A DNA stretch of 64,000 nt from an uncultured Candidatus Saccharibacteria bacterium (GTDB lineage Bacteria; Patescibacteriota; Saccharimonadia; Saccharimonadales; UBA10212): contig CAYWQH010000003.1 of NCBI GenBank assembly GCA_964460855.1, positions 617-64,616 on the forward strand, written 5' to 3'. The translations under genes were made by a program, and so were the position numbers. The notes under the pieces were generated by a model. It did no database searches and had not been told where the DNA came from. It saw nothing but the letters and a program-made list of their open reading frames with translations. The stretch's first letter is position 1. The number at the start of each line of letters is the position of its first letter. Positions 17,464-26,251 of the stretch are shown one piece after another.

Positions 17464-17552
17464 ATGTGTTGTTTTATCGTGCTTATGGCTTGACCTCAGC
17501 AATTTATAACCTGTAACATGGATCGGTAACTTTGAAAGGGGGTTACCTAAGA

Positions 17553-17750
17553 ATGAAGAGTAAGACTACAAAAATACTCGCAGCAATCGCTGTAGCTCTA
17601 GCTTCAGTCTTTGCTGCTGCAACAGTGGCTCACGCCGCCCAAACAGCAGATAGTACTGCAAAACCTGGCTGGGGACTTGGCGACAAAAACCATACCCATA
17701 CCGGGCCTCCAGGCCAATCCACACATCCGCCGCACGGACATCCGCACTAA
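17553..17750 (+). CDS. secreted His-rich small protein (paralog 2)
   Basis: ATG 17553 follows AAGGGGG. Signal peptide MKSKTTKILAAIAVALASVFAAATVAHA, then AKPGWGLGDKNHTHTGPPGQSTHPPHGHPH. Promoter TTGACC-18 nt-TAACAT at 17490-17519. Confidence 0.7.
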   Translation: MKSKTTKILAAIAVALASVFAAATVAHAAQTADSTAKPGWGLGDKNHTHTGPPGQSTHPPHGHPH

Positions 17751-17770
17751 TTCAGTCACTTGAAGTAATT

Positions 17771-17810
17771 AAATCTGCCCGTTTATTGAGAAACGGGCAG
17801 ATTTTATTTT
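17771..17810. terminator. bidirectional intrinsic terminator between convergent genes
   Basis: AAATCTGCCCGTTT-ATTGAG-AAACGGGCAGATTT (14-bp stem) is followed by TTATTTT. An A-run on the other side serves the minus strand. Confidence 0.75.
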
Positions 17811-18178
17811 ATGCCGTCAATACTGCTGCCGCGCCCCGTGTTCGTAAAAGCTCTGTGGGCAGGCGTAACTGGCAGGCGCTGCGAATTCGCTAAACTATGT
17901 TGCATTGCCGTTCGCCGGGTTAATTCGCGCTTGTGGGTACGTATGGACAGTACTATTACCGCCCGGGCCACGCGCTTATGGTATTTACGCTCGGCGGCTT
18001 CAGAAAGTACCATTGCAACACCGCTAATTAAGACGATAATTAACAAGTAATTCATATTAAAAAAGTTGCTTACAAAACCCTCGCGCCAGACCTCTGCCAA
18101 GGTAAGCAATAAATAAGTAACCAGAGTCGCCTGGAAAAACTCTTTGCTGGCAATGTTAATGGCGCTTCGTAACCGCAT
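17804..18178 (-). CDS. small membrane protein (124 aa)
   Basis: Two TM segments and a basic tail. It overlaps the upstream 110-aa membrane ORF by 23 nt in another frame. The pair could be one frameshifted gene, which I cannot decide by eye. Confidence 0.5.
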   Translation of the reverse strand: MRLRSAINIASKEFFQATLVTYLLLTLAEVWREGFVSNFFNMNYLLIIVLISGVAMVLSEAAERKYHKRVARAVIVLSIRTHKRELTRRTAMQHSLANSQRLPVTPAHRAFTNTGRGSSIDGIK

Positions 18179-18488
18179 GGTACCTGGCCTTATGCTTAGT
18201 TAATTTACCAGTCATAACTGCTATTCCCAAGCTGGTAATAATAATACTGGCAACTTCGAGGATTATAGATCCCAGCGCAATTTTAATGCCGGCTAAATTC
18301 AAATAAAAAGCCAGCAGGGGAACTGCCGCAACGGATAGGGCAAAGCTCAAACCCAGCCTCTCGATTATATCCACGCTGCTACGACCAAAAAATACAAAAG
18401 ACAGGCAAAAACCGGGCAAAAACAAAATGTATATTACGCCCGAAACCATTCTGATGACTTCAATAACGCTATGTATTATTTGATCCAC
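18156..18488 (-). CDS. small membrane protein, DUF1616-like N-terminal region
   Basis: YILFLPGFCLSFVFFGR..DIIERLGLSFALSVAAVPLLAFYLNL resembles, from memory, the N-terminal TM region of archaeal DUF1616 proteins. Confidence 0.55.
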   Translation of the reverse strand: MDQIIHSVIEVIRMVSGVIYILFLPGFCLSFVFFGRSSVDIIERLGLSFALSVAAVPLLAFYLNLAGIKIALGSIILEVASIIITSLGIAVMTGKLTKHKARYHAVTKRH

Positions 18489-19912
18489 CCTTTCTTATTT
18501 AAGGTCATGTCGATTTCTTTAATATCAACGGTCTGATTATTCTCTTTAAGACCGGGAATATTAATCATCCAGCTCAGTTTGCCCTTATTTATTATAGCGT
18601 CATGCAGGTCGAATTTTGGCTCGGCCTCAAGCCAATCGCCTTCTTTGCGGGGCGGCGTGTAATTGGTAATTACGTAATCCACTTTGGCCAAATCTTCGGC
18701 ATTGTTAACTTGTAAAACTTTGTAAGGCGAAGGTATAAAAAACTGGTCCGGCGAAAAAGCGAAATAGCCGGCGCCGTTAACAATCACATCGCTTTTTGGC
18801 AAAACAATATTCGTTAGCAGAGCGGATAGCGGAGTAGAATTATATACTTGGTTTTGCTTGGTTATAGCAATATTTTGGGTGCCAACCTGTACCGTTTGCA
18901 AAGCCTGGTGATATGTTTGTACGTTGACGCCATTTGAGTTAGTTACAAGCGAGTTGGCTTGGGTTTTTTGGACAATCCCCGGGTAGACGTCGTGGTTGGT
19001 AGCCGGGTAAACGGGCCCTTCAAAAACTATTTTATGTAAGTTAGTAGTAATGTTGGTAAGTACGCTATCGCCGGAACTTTCGACGACTATTTTATATACG
19101 CCGTTTTCAGGTAAGCCGGGGCCGGGATTTTGAATATCTACGCTTTGCGGATCGCCGGCCTGGTGGTCGTTACTATCATTACCATCGTCGTCAATCGACG
19201 CGTCAAAAACTTTATCTTGCTGCTTAAAAACACTTATTTTCATGACATCCGGGTCGGCATACCAGTTTAGGTCCTGTTTGGTAAAACTCATCTTAAATGG
19301 TTCGTTTTGCAGGTACACATATATAACCGATTGTCCTCGCATTGGAGTACTTATTATAGTGTTCTTATTAGCTGGCTGATAAGTGGGCAACGCTACGTTT
19401 GGCGACAAAATATCGGAGTTATCATAATTAAAAACTCCAATAGTCTTATTGCCGGGCGGGTTCTTAATAAAGTCATTTATAGTTTTATATGTTGCATATT
19501 TCTGATATAAATACGGACCGCCGCCAATTTTTTGCCAATTTAAGCCGTTTATTAATGGGGCGTCGATTATCTGCGAGTTATAGTGCCAGGTATTCTGGTC
19601 TTTATATCCCACCGAAATTTGCTCGTTATTCGGGTTCTTGAATTTCATTGTCGCGATAGAATTATCGTAACTAAAAGACATTTTGGAAGTGAAGTAAACC
19701 AGATCGTCATTCACCTTAGCCACCGTTCTGCCATCTTCAGGTATATAGTCCACCCGGTTAGCAGGTGATAACTTCGATATTTGGGCTAATTCTTCCGAAC
19801 TGATAGTCCTTTTTAAACTGACGGGCGTGGAATTAGCAACAATTACATATGCTAAAATTGTTCCGGCTGCCAGCCAGGCGAAAATTTTAGAAAATCGTTT
19901 TATCACCAACAT
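18476..19912 (-). CDS. membrane-anchored extracytoplasmic protein of unknown function (478 aa)
   Basis: N-terminal TM anchor (IFAWLAAGTILAYVIVA) and a large beta-rich-looking ectodomain. Embedded in the glycosylation operon with overlaps at both ends. Confidence 0.75.
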   Translation of the reverse strand: MLVIKRFSKIFAWLAAGTILAYVIVANSTPVSLKRTISSEELAQISKLSPANRVDYIPEDGRTVAKVNDDLVYFTSKMSFSYDNSIATMKFKNPNNEQISVGYKDQNTWHYNSQIIDAPLINGLNWQKIGGGPYLYQKYATYKTINDFIKNPPGNKTIGVFNYDNSDILSPNVALPTYQPANKNTIISTPMRGQSVIYVYLQNEPFKMSFTKQDLNWYADPDVMKISVFKQQDKVFDASIDDDGNDSNDHQAGDPQSVDIQNPGPGLPENGVYKIVVESSGDSVLTNITTNLHKIVFEGPVYPATNHDVYPGIVQKTQANSLVTNSNGVNVQTYHQALQTVQVGTQNIAITKQNQVYNSTPLSALLTNIVLPKSDVIVNGAGYFAFSPDQFFIPSPYKVLQVNNAEDLAKVDYVITNYTPPRKEGDWLEAEPKFDLHDAIINKGKLSWMINIPGLKENNQTVDIKEIDMTLNKKGWIK

Positions 19913-19915
19913 AGC

Positions 19916-21346
19916 TTAATACCTCACAAACGGCAGCCAGTCAGGCAGTAGTGTCTTAGCATGGCTAATATCGGCTGTCGTAATTTCTCTAGTAACTTTC
20001 AATACCAGGTAGTAAAGGGCGATTGCCGCGACGTAATATACCGGCAGCCAAAATATAGATAGATCAAGCCCTAAACTCATAACAATAATTAACAACCCGG
20101 CTAAACCAACCCGTATAATACTGGCAATTGGCAGGCTAAATTTAAATGTTACCGCCACAGCTATTAAAGAAAGTAAAGCGGCGGTCGAAGCGCCAAATGC
20201 GGATGCTATAGCAGCCCCATCGATACCGTGAAATTTTATTAGCGTCGAGCATAGAATTGCCGTAACTAAGATGCCGCATCCAGCAAATAGCGCTGAAAGC
20301 TTAGCCTTTCCAGCGCCATTTAATGCGCTGGCAAACAGGGCAAACACAGCTAGCATACTATAGGCTGCTAATAATATTACTAGCGCCGACCTAGCAGGCG
20401 CATAAGTGCCGGAATAAAGTAAATTTATGATTGGTCCGGCGGTTACTGCCAGCAAAAGTGCTATTGGCACAATAAGAAGCAGCAGGTACCTAAAAGCTTG
20501 CTCAATTGTCCGGCGGGCAGCGTGTAGTTGGCCGGTACTGGCTTTATGCGAAATATTCGGAAATAGTACCTGGCCTATTGCGCTCAATGCTAAGAAAGGA
20601 ATTATCGCGATGTTTTGGGCAGCCGTATAAAAACCGGCTTGTTCAGGCGTACTTAGCGCCCTAACAAAAAACAAATCAACCGAGAACTGTAGCGTTGATA
20701 CCACAGCAAATATCACTAATGGTATTGAAAATAAAAAAAGCCTCCTAGTAGAAAATTTAGTGCTACTTTCAGGTTTATGAAAGCCAAACAGCAAAGAAAT
20801 TAAGGGCGAAATTATAAAGCCTAAAATCGCCCCGTATAATTTAAATGCAAAAGACAAGGCAACTACTAGTACTGCTTTAGAAACAGAATAAATAGAGTTC
20901 ATTAATGCCTGGCGGCTAAATTTTTGCAATCCATTATAGTAGCCGCCAAACAAAGCAAACAACCCATAAAGCGGAAATACTAAAGCCGTCATAATTAAGT
21001 ACCCGGTAAAATTTGGATCATGAAAAACGCGGCTTAGCGGCCAAGCAGCTAGCATCATTAAAATCATTAAAACAAATGTCAAGCTCAGTTGAACTTTTAT
21101 GGAGCTAGCAAGTATAGAATCAGTATCGTTCTTCTTTTCAGCAATAAATTTAGATAACGCTTGCGGCACTCCAGAAACCTGCATAATATTTAATGCGGTC
21201 ATTAACGAAATTATGACGCCATAAGAGCCATATAAGACCGGGCCAAAATGGCGGCCAAGCGCTATATTTGTAAAGTAACCCGCAGCCATAAATATAATCT
21301 GCGACGTTGCCAAATAAAGCGTACCAGTTGCTAACTTGTCAGCCAT
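19916..21346 (-). CDS. polysaccharide/oligosaccharide flippase (MOP superfamily, Wzx-like)
   Basis: 476 aa with about 12-14 TM segments. The N terminus (LYLATSQIIFMAAGYFTNIALGRHFGPVLYGSYGVI) is typical of polysaccharide biosynthesis protein family flippases. Confidence 0.8.
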   Translation of the reverse strand: MADKLATGTLYLATSQIIFMAAGYFTNIALGRHFGPVLYGSYGVIISLMTALNIMQVSGVPQALSKFIAEKKNDTDSILASSIKVQLSLTFVLMILMMLAAWPLSRVFHDPNFTGYLIMTALVFPLYGLFALFGGYYNGLQKFSRQALMNSIYSVSKAVLVVALSFAFKLYGAILGFIISPLISLLFGFHKPESSTKFSTRRLFLFSIPLVIFAVVSTLQFSVDLFFVRALSTPEQAGFYTAAQNIAIIPFLALSAIGQVLFPNISHKASTGQLHAARRTIEQAFRYLLLLIVPIALLLAVTAGPIINLLYSGTYAPARSALVILLAAYSMLAVFALFASALNGAGKAKLSALFAGCGILVTAILCSTLIKFHGIDGAAIASAFGASTAALLSLIAVAVTFKFSLPIASIIRVGLAGLLIIVMSLGLDLSIFWLPVYYVAAIALYYLVLKVTREITTADISHAKTLLPDWLPFVRY

Positions 21347-22430
21347 TCGACAACTCCATTAATAAAGCCTCGTACCTTTTTGCGATCTTTAGCCATGAAT
21401 AATTAGCTACATAATTTTTTCCATTTTTTCCTAATTTAGAGGCAAGTTTTTTGTCCGTCTGTAACTTTTCAAGGTTATTAGCTAAATTAGTAGGGTTTAA
21501 AGGCTCAACTATTAACGCGCCGCCGCTTTCATTCAGAATTTCACCGAGGCCTCCTATGCTACTTCCAACTACTGGCTTAGCCAGCGCGAAGCTTTCTAAA
21601 GATGAAATTGAACTGGTTTCACTTCGAGACGGAAGCACCGTGGCAATAGAATTATTGATGTATTTATATTTGCTTTTCTTATCTAAATATCCCACATACT
21701 TTACATATTTATTAATACCTAAATCTCTTATATTTCTTTGTAATCTTTCTACTTCCGGCTTACTACCATCACCTGCAATTATCATTCTAAAATCTTTGTG
21801 CCTTCGAGACATTTGCGTTGCTGCCTCTGTTAGAATATCTAGTCCTTTGGCGTAAAAATCTATTCTACCTAAATATAGAAAGAATTTGCGACTATGAGAG
21901 TTAGGAAATAAGACTTCAACACCATTTTCTATGACTGCTATTTTGGAATTTTTAGCGAATTTGGAAATTGCATATTGCGAGTCTTTAGTGACGGTAATTA
22001 AATTCTTATATTTCGATAAACCGGATCTAAATGCTTTAACAGTAAATCTACCTACTAATCTGCGTTTGCCAATGTATTTTTCGTCCGGAATGAATTGAAC
22101 TGAGCCTACAGTATTCCTATGAAGTAATGGTAAAAATAGCGGGGTAGGTGCGCTAATATCTTCTACATAAATGTCTGCTTTCAATCTCAAAGCGTAAAAC
22201 CATGCCAAAAGCATAAAAGTAAGTCTGCTGGTTGAATAGTTTTTACCCCAGCCAATGTGCTTATACTTAACACCACCAATATCAGCAGGGGCATCTTTAT
22301 AATTGCCACACACAATGGTAATATCGTGCCGATTACCTAATATTTCATAAAGTGCCTGGGTTCTTTGAGCACCTCCACCAGACAGCCAAGGATTTTCTAA
22401 GCTATCATATATAAAATGCACTATTTTCAT
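21339..22430 (-). CDS. glycosyltransferase family 4 (GT-B)
   Basis: N-terminal WLSGGGAQR and C-terminal VLPSRSETSSISSLESFALAKPVVGS (EX7E-type region). Strongly AT-rich. Confidence 0.85.
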   Translation of the reverse strand: MKIVHFIYDSLENPWLSGGGAQRTQALYEILGNRHDITIVCGNYKDAPADIGGVKYKHIGWGKNYSTSRLTFMLLAWFYALRLKADIYVEDISAPTPLFLPLLHRNTVGSVQFIPDEKYIGKRRLVGRFTVKAFRSGLSKYKNLITVTKDSQYAISKFAKNSKIAVIENGVEVLFPNSHSRKFFLYLGRIDFYAKGLDILTEAATQMSRRHKDFRMIIAGDGSKPEVERLQRNIRDLGINKYVKYVGYLDKKSKYKYINNSIATVLPSRSETSSISSLESFALAKPVVGSSIGGLGEILNESGGALIVEPLNPTNLANNLEKLQTDKKLASKLGKNGKNYVANYSWLKIAKRYEALLMELSNG

Positions 22431-24166
22431 AATTTAACCTCGTACACGCTAAACGCGCCAAAGCTTTGAGTTTTAACAATTACAGAGGAGTTATTTAAAA
22501 GCTGATAAAAATCTGAGTCAATAGGAATTGAAGAGCCTTGCCAATTACTCTTATCATTAACCACTTCACGTTGCTTTTCAAAACTATAAATTTCTTGGTT
22601 CAAATAATTATTGGGAATTATTAAGTACTTAACTTTATACTCATTTAAATATTTAAGCGCGTTATATTTATCAACAAAAAATAATCGATAATCCCAAATA
22701 GTTGTCCGATTAAGATAGTAACTTGCCTCCGAATTTGCGGGTGTAAATAAAATAGATGATCCGTTTTGGTCGTCGCTTAAGTTTACTTTAGGCAGTTCAC
22801 TAATGCCTTGACCTGTTGGCGTCGTATTGTGAATGAAGCTACTTTTGTATCTATAGCTGTGCAATATTTCTGAAAATGCAGTTATAGATAGAATAATTAT
22901 TAACGAAGCAAATATTGAGTAGCGTACCGGCCATTTATTAGCAGAGTTTATTAATTCGCAAATAGTAAGACTGTAAAAAACTATAAATAGAATATTTAAA
23001 GTAAAGAAATATCTTATTTCCGTAACTTGAGTTAAGTAAATTGCAGTAAATAAGAATAACGGCAGAATTAAATAATGAAATTTGTTTTTTCTATGCTTCT
23101 TGAAGTATATTACAAGCCCGATCACTGACATCACTGTAAAGAGACCTGTAAAAACCCTTATGGTTGAATACCAATGAGGATTTGCAGAACCGCTTACTGG
23201 GTACGGATTAAAATACTGAAAAATTTCACCAGCATCGCCTTTTTTTATATTGTCTTGAATAAATAGGCGCCTATCTCTATCTGTTTGTCTTATTTTATTT
23301 TGCAGATATTCATTATTACTAGCGGCGTTAAGCTTAACTTCCTCATCAGATAGCTTTCTGTTCCACCACGGTTTTAAAATTTTACTGTCAATAATAGGAA
23401 ATCCAGGTGGGGCATATGCAAAACTACCTCTGCTGGATATTGAAAAGGCCATATATGGTAAATACAACGTAAAAATTAATATCGAAGTAGCTAATATTAA
23501 TTTCGCCCGTACTTTCATTAGAACTAAGAAAGCAATGAAAGACAAAACTATAAATAAAGACGTGATTTTAATATATAAGATCCCGCTGGCAAATACCGCG
23601 GCTAACCATAAATTAGGAGTAAATTTAGTATCTATGAACTTCTTTGCGTAATAAAAAGTGCACATACTAAGCAAGTACTGTAAGGGTTCCATAATTCTGT
23701 GGCTTACTAGCCAAATACTAAGCGGTAAGAAGGCTAAAATTAGTGCCGATAATAATGCAATTTGCGTGTTAAAAAAAGACTTAACTAATTTATAGAAAAA
23801 ATAAACTGCCGCTACTGTTGGCATAATATTTATTACTGATAAGCTAGCTCTAATACTAAAACCAAAATGGCTTAGATAAGAGCCTAAAATATAAAATAAA
23901 GGTGGATGCGTTAAATATGGTGAAAAACTAGTGGGGTGCATATCTAAGGCAACCCAGCCCACCGGCGAAAATGTAGGAAAAATGCCTGTTTCATTGATAC
24001 TTCTTATAATTGACGCGTGAAAGGCTGAATCCGAAAATAAAGGCATACCGAAGCTCGCTGCTACTTGAATAAATGTCGCTACGACAAGAATAATCAAAAG
24101 AATAAAATGCTCGTTCTTAAAAACGTTTAAAAAGTTTTTTTTACTTTTAGGCATTAATTTGACCAA
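22427..24166 (-). CDS. GT-C fold membrane glycosyltransferase (ArnT/PMT, GT39/83-like)
   Basis: 579 aa with about 11 TM segments in the N-terminal two thirds and a soluble C-terminal domain. Architecture-level call only. Strongly AT-rich. Confidence 0.7.
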   Translation of the reverse strand: MVKLMPKSKKNFLNVFKNEHFILLIILVVATFIQVAASFGMPLFSDSAFHASIIRSINETGIFPTFSPVGWVALDMHPTSFSPYLTHPPLFYILGSYLSHFGFSIRASLSVINIMPTVAAVYFFYKLVKSFFNTQIALLSALILAFLPLSIWLVSHRIMEPLQYLLSMCTFYYAKKFIDTKFTPNLWLAAVFASGILYIKITSLFIVLSFIAFLVLMKVRAKLILATSILIFTLYLPYMAFSISSRGSFAYAPPGFPIIDSKILKPWWNRKLSDEEVKLNAASNNEYLQNKIRQTDRDRRLFIQDNIKKGDAGEIFQYFNPYPVSGSANPHWYSTIRVFTGLFTVMSVIGLVIYFKKHRKNKFHYLILPLFLFTAIYLTQVTEIRYFFTLNILFIVFYSLTICELINSANKWPVRYSIFASLIIILSITAFSEILHSYRYKSSFIHNTTPTGQGISELPKVNLSDDQNGSSILFTPANSEASYYLNRTTIWDYRLFFVDKYNALKYLNEYKVKYLIIPNNYLNQEIYSFEKQREVVNDKSNWQGSSIPIDSDFYQLLNNSSVIVKTQSFGAFSVYEVKL

Positions 24167-25196
24167 AGCTTTTTATGTAACTCTGGCAAATATTTTCCCA
24201 AGCATATTGTTTTGAACTTTCTTTAATATTTTTCTTTTTTAAATTCAGACCTTTTTTCATAGCTATATTCGCCGATTTAATATTGCTTGGTATAAATAAA
24301 TAGCCGGTTTCTCCTTCAATAACTGCATCGCGGATGCCTTCGGTTGCCGCAGCGACTGTAGGGAGGCCGGCCGCTGCGGCTTCGATGGCGACTATGCCAA
24401 AGCCTTCCATGTCGCCTGGTACATTAATATTTGGCATTACAAACACATCCGAAGTGTTGTATAGAAGCTTTAAATCGTCATCTGAAATTTTTCCGAGCAA
24501 TTTAACTTGCTTGCCAAGGTTATTCCAGCGGATTGCTTGCTCTATAGGCTCTTTTTCCGGGCCGCTGCCTGCCACCAAATAAACATATTCATTTCCAAGC
24601 TTAGGCATTACGTTATCTACGAACCACTCAACACCCTTACGCTTAACTAGCCTGCCGACAGTAAATAATACGGTCTTATTTTGTAAATCCATGCCGCTGA
24701 ATTTTTCTAAATCGGCGCGCTTGACGTTTAACTTATAGTCCGCCGGATATATAGCGCAGGGAATAACCGAGCATTTATCGGCTGGTATTCCGCGCTGGAT
24801 GCATTGCTGCCTGGTAGCTTCGGATATGCAAATTACTTTGTCTAAGCGTTTAAGGCATTTTGGCACCAGCCATTGATAAAAAAAGCTTTTATAAGTTACG
24901 TCCAGGCCCATCACGTTAATGGTTACTTTTCGGCGTGTAATAATTTTTAGTGCTAAGCCAACAGGCGACAAAAGGCCGTCGCCGATATGTATATGGCTAA
25001 TTTTTCTAAAAGGAACGCTGAGTAGCGCCTGAATAAATGCTTTAGGAATAAAATAGGGAAGCCATTTTTGGCTGCCTCCCCACGAAATAATTCTAGTAGG
25101 AACTTGCTTAGAAAGTTCCTGGCTAAGTTCGTAACTGAATTTTTCCATGCCGCCGACAGCGGGAGGGTATTTGCGGGTGATATAAAGCAGCTTCAT
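24147..25196 (-). CDS. glycosyltransferase family 4 (GT-B)
   Basis: MKLLYITRKYPPAVGGMEKF at the N terminus and FVMPNINVPGDMEGFGIVAIEAAAAGLPTV (E-x7-E). Confidence 0.9.
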   Translation of the reverse strand: MKLLYITRKYPPAVGGMEKFSYELSQELSKQVPTRIISWGGSQKWLPYFIPKAFIQALLSVPFRKISHIHIGDGLLSPVGLALKIITRRKVTINVMGLDVTYKSFFYQWLVPKCLKRLDKVICISEATRQQCIQRGIPADKCSVIPCAIYPADYKLNVKRADLEKFSGMDLQNKTVLFTVGRLVKRKGVEWFVDNVMPKLGNEYVYLVAGSGPEKEPIEQAIRWNNLGKQVKLLGKISDDDLKLLYNTSDVFVMPNINVPGDMEGFGIVAIEAAAAGLPTVAAATEGIRDAVIEGETGYLFIPSNIKSANIAMKKGLNLKKKNIKESSKQYAWENICQSYIKSFGQINA

Positions 25197-25204
25197 ATTG
25201 CCGC

Positions 25205-26215
25205 CTAACTTTGATCTTTACTTACTGTGCCTTCGTATTCCAGGCGTTTTAAGCGGGAGAGAGTATCTTCAATCAGTTTTCGGTTAATAGATAGGAGATC
25301 GGCGACAATGCCGATAGTTATAAACATGATGCCCATAACTATGAACACCGCGCCAAAAAGCAAAGATTGCATGTGGCCCTGGATGGCGTCTTGCTGTGAT
25401 ATTACTAATACGGCGAAACGAATATAGGGCGCCAGGCCAATTAATAAACTGATAAGTCCAGTAGCCAGAAAAAGCTTAAATGGCTTATACATAGTGTAGC
25501 TGCGGACGATGGCTTTGCCGGATTGGCCCATGTGTTGGAAGATGTTTTTAAACAACCTGGATTCGCGGGTTTTAGGATTGGTTTTTACCGGAACGTGGGT
25601 GATGGCGATTTTTTTGCGGCCGGCGGCAATGATTGTTTCCATGGCGTAGCTGAAGTCGGTAACAATGTTGAGGTCCATGGCGGCTTTGCGCGAATAAGCT
25701 CGGAAGCCGCTGGGCGCATCCGGTAGATCGGTGCCGGAAGCCAAGTTTACCGCCCGGCTGCCAACCCGTTGCATAATTTTCTTAAAAACCGAGAAATGTT
25801 TGATCTTATTAGTCTGGCGGTCGGCAACGACAATGTCGTGGGTGCCATTAACTATCGGTTGGATAAGTTTAGGAATATCTTTTTGCGGGTATTGGTTGTC
25901 GCCGTCGGTATTAACGATAATGTCGGCGCCGCGCTTGAGCGACTCATGCAGTCCGGTGGCGAAGGTTGCCGCCAGGCCTTTGTTGTAGCCGTTTTTAATA
26001 ATATGGTTTACGCCGAGTTTTTTAGCGACTTTAACGGTGTTGTCTTTAGAGCCGTCGTCGATGATCATAGTTTCGACTCGGTCGATGCCAGGAATAAGCT
26101 TTGGTATAGAGTTAATTACCATAGGCAATGTAGCCTCTTCGTTATAGCAGGGCACTTGCACGATAAGTTTCAGGCTCAAAACATCCCCCATTAAAAAATG
26201 CCTGTCTATACGCAA
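25205..26215 (-). CDS. GT2 polyprenyl-phosphate glycosyltransferase (DPM1/GtrB/ArnC-like) with C-terminal TM helices
   Basis: VQVPCYNEEATL, IIDDGSKDNT, NTDGDNQY (DxD) and two C-terminal TM segments, as in GtrB. Confidence 0.85.
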   Translation of the reverse strand: MRIDRHFLMGDVLSLKLIVQVPCYNEEATLPMVINSIPKLIPGIDRVETMIIDDGSKDNTVKVAKKLGVNHIIKNGYNKGLAATFATGLHESLKRGADIIVNTDGDNQYPQKDIPKLIQPIVNGTHDIVVADRQTNKIKHFSVFKKIMQRVGSRAVNLASGTDLPDAPSGFRAYSRKAAMDLNIVTDFSYAMETIIAAGRKKIAITHVPVKTNPKTRESRLFKNIFQHMGQSGKAIVRSYTMYKPFKLFLATGLISLLIGLAPYIRFAVLVISQQDAIQGHMQSLLFGAVFIVMGIMFITIGIVADLLSINRKLIEDTLSRLKRLEYEGTVSKDQS

Positions 26216-26251
26216 TAGAAAGGCATAACCCTTATATTTTATAGGAACCGG

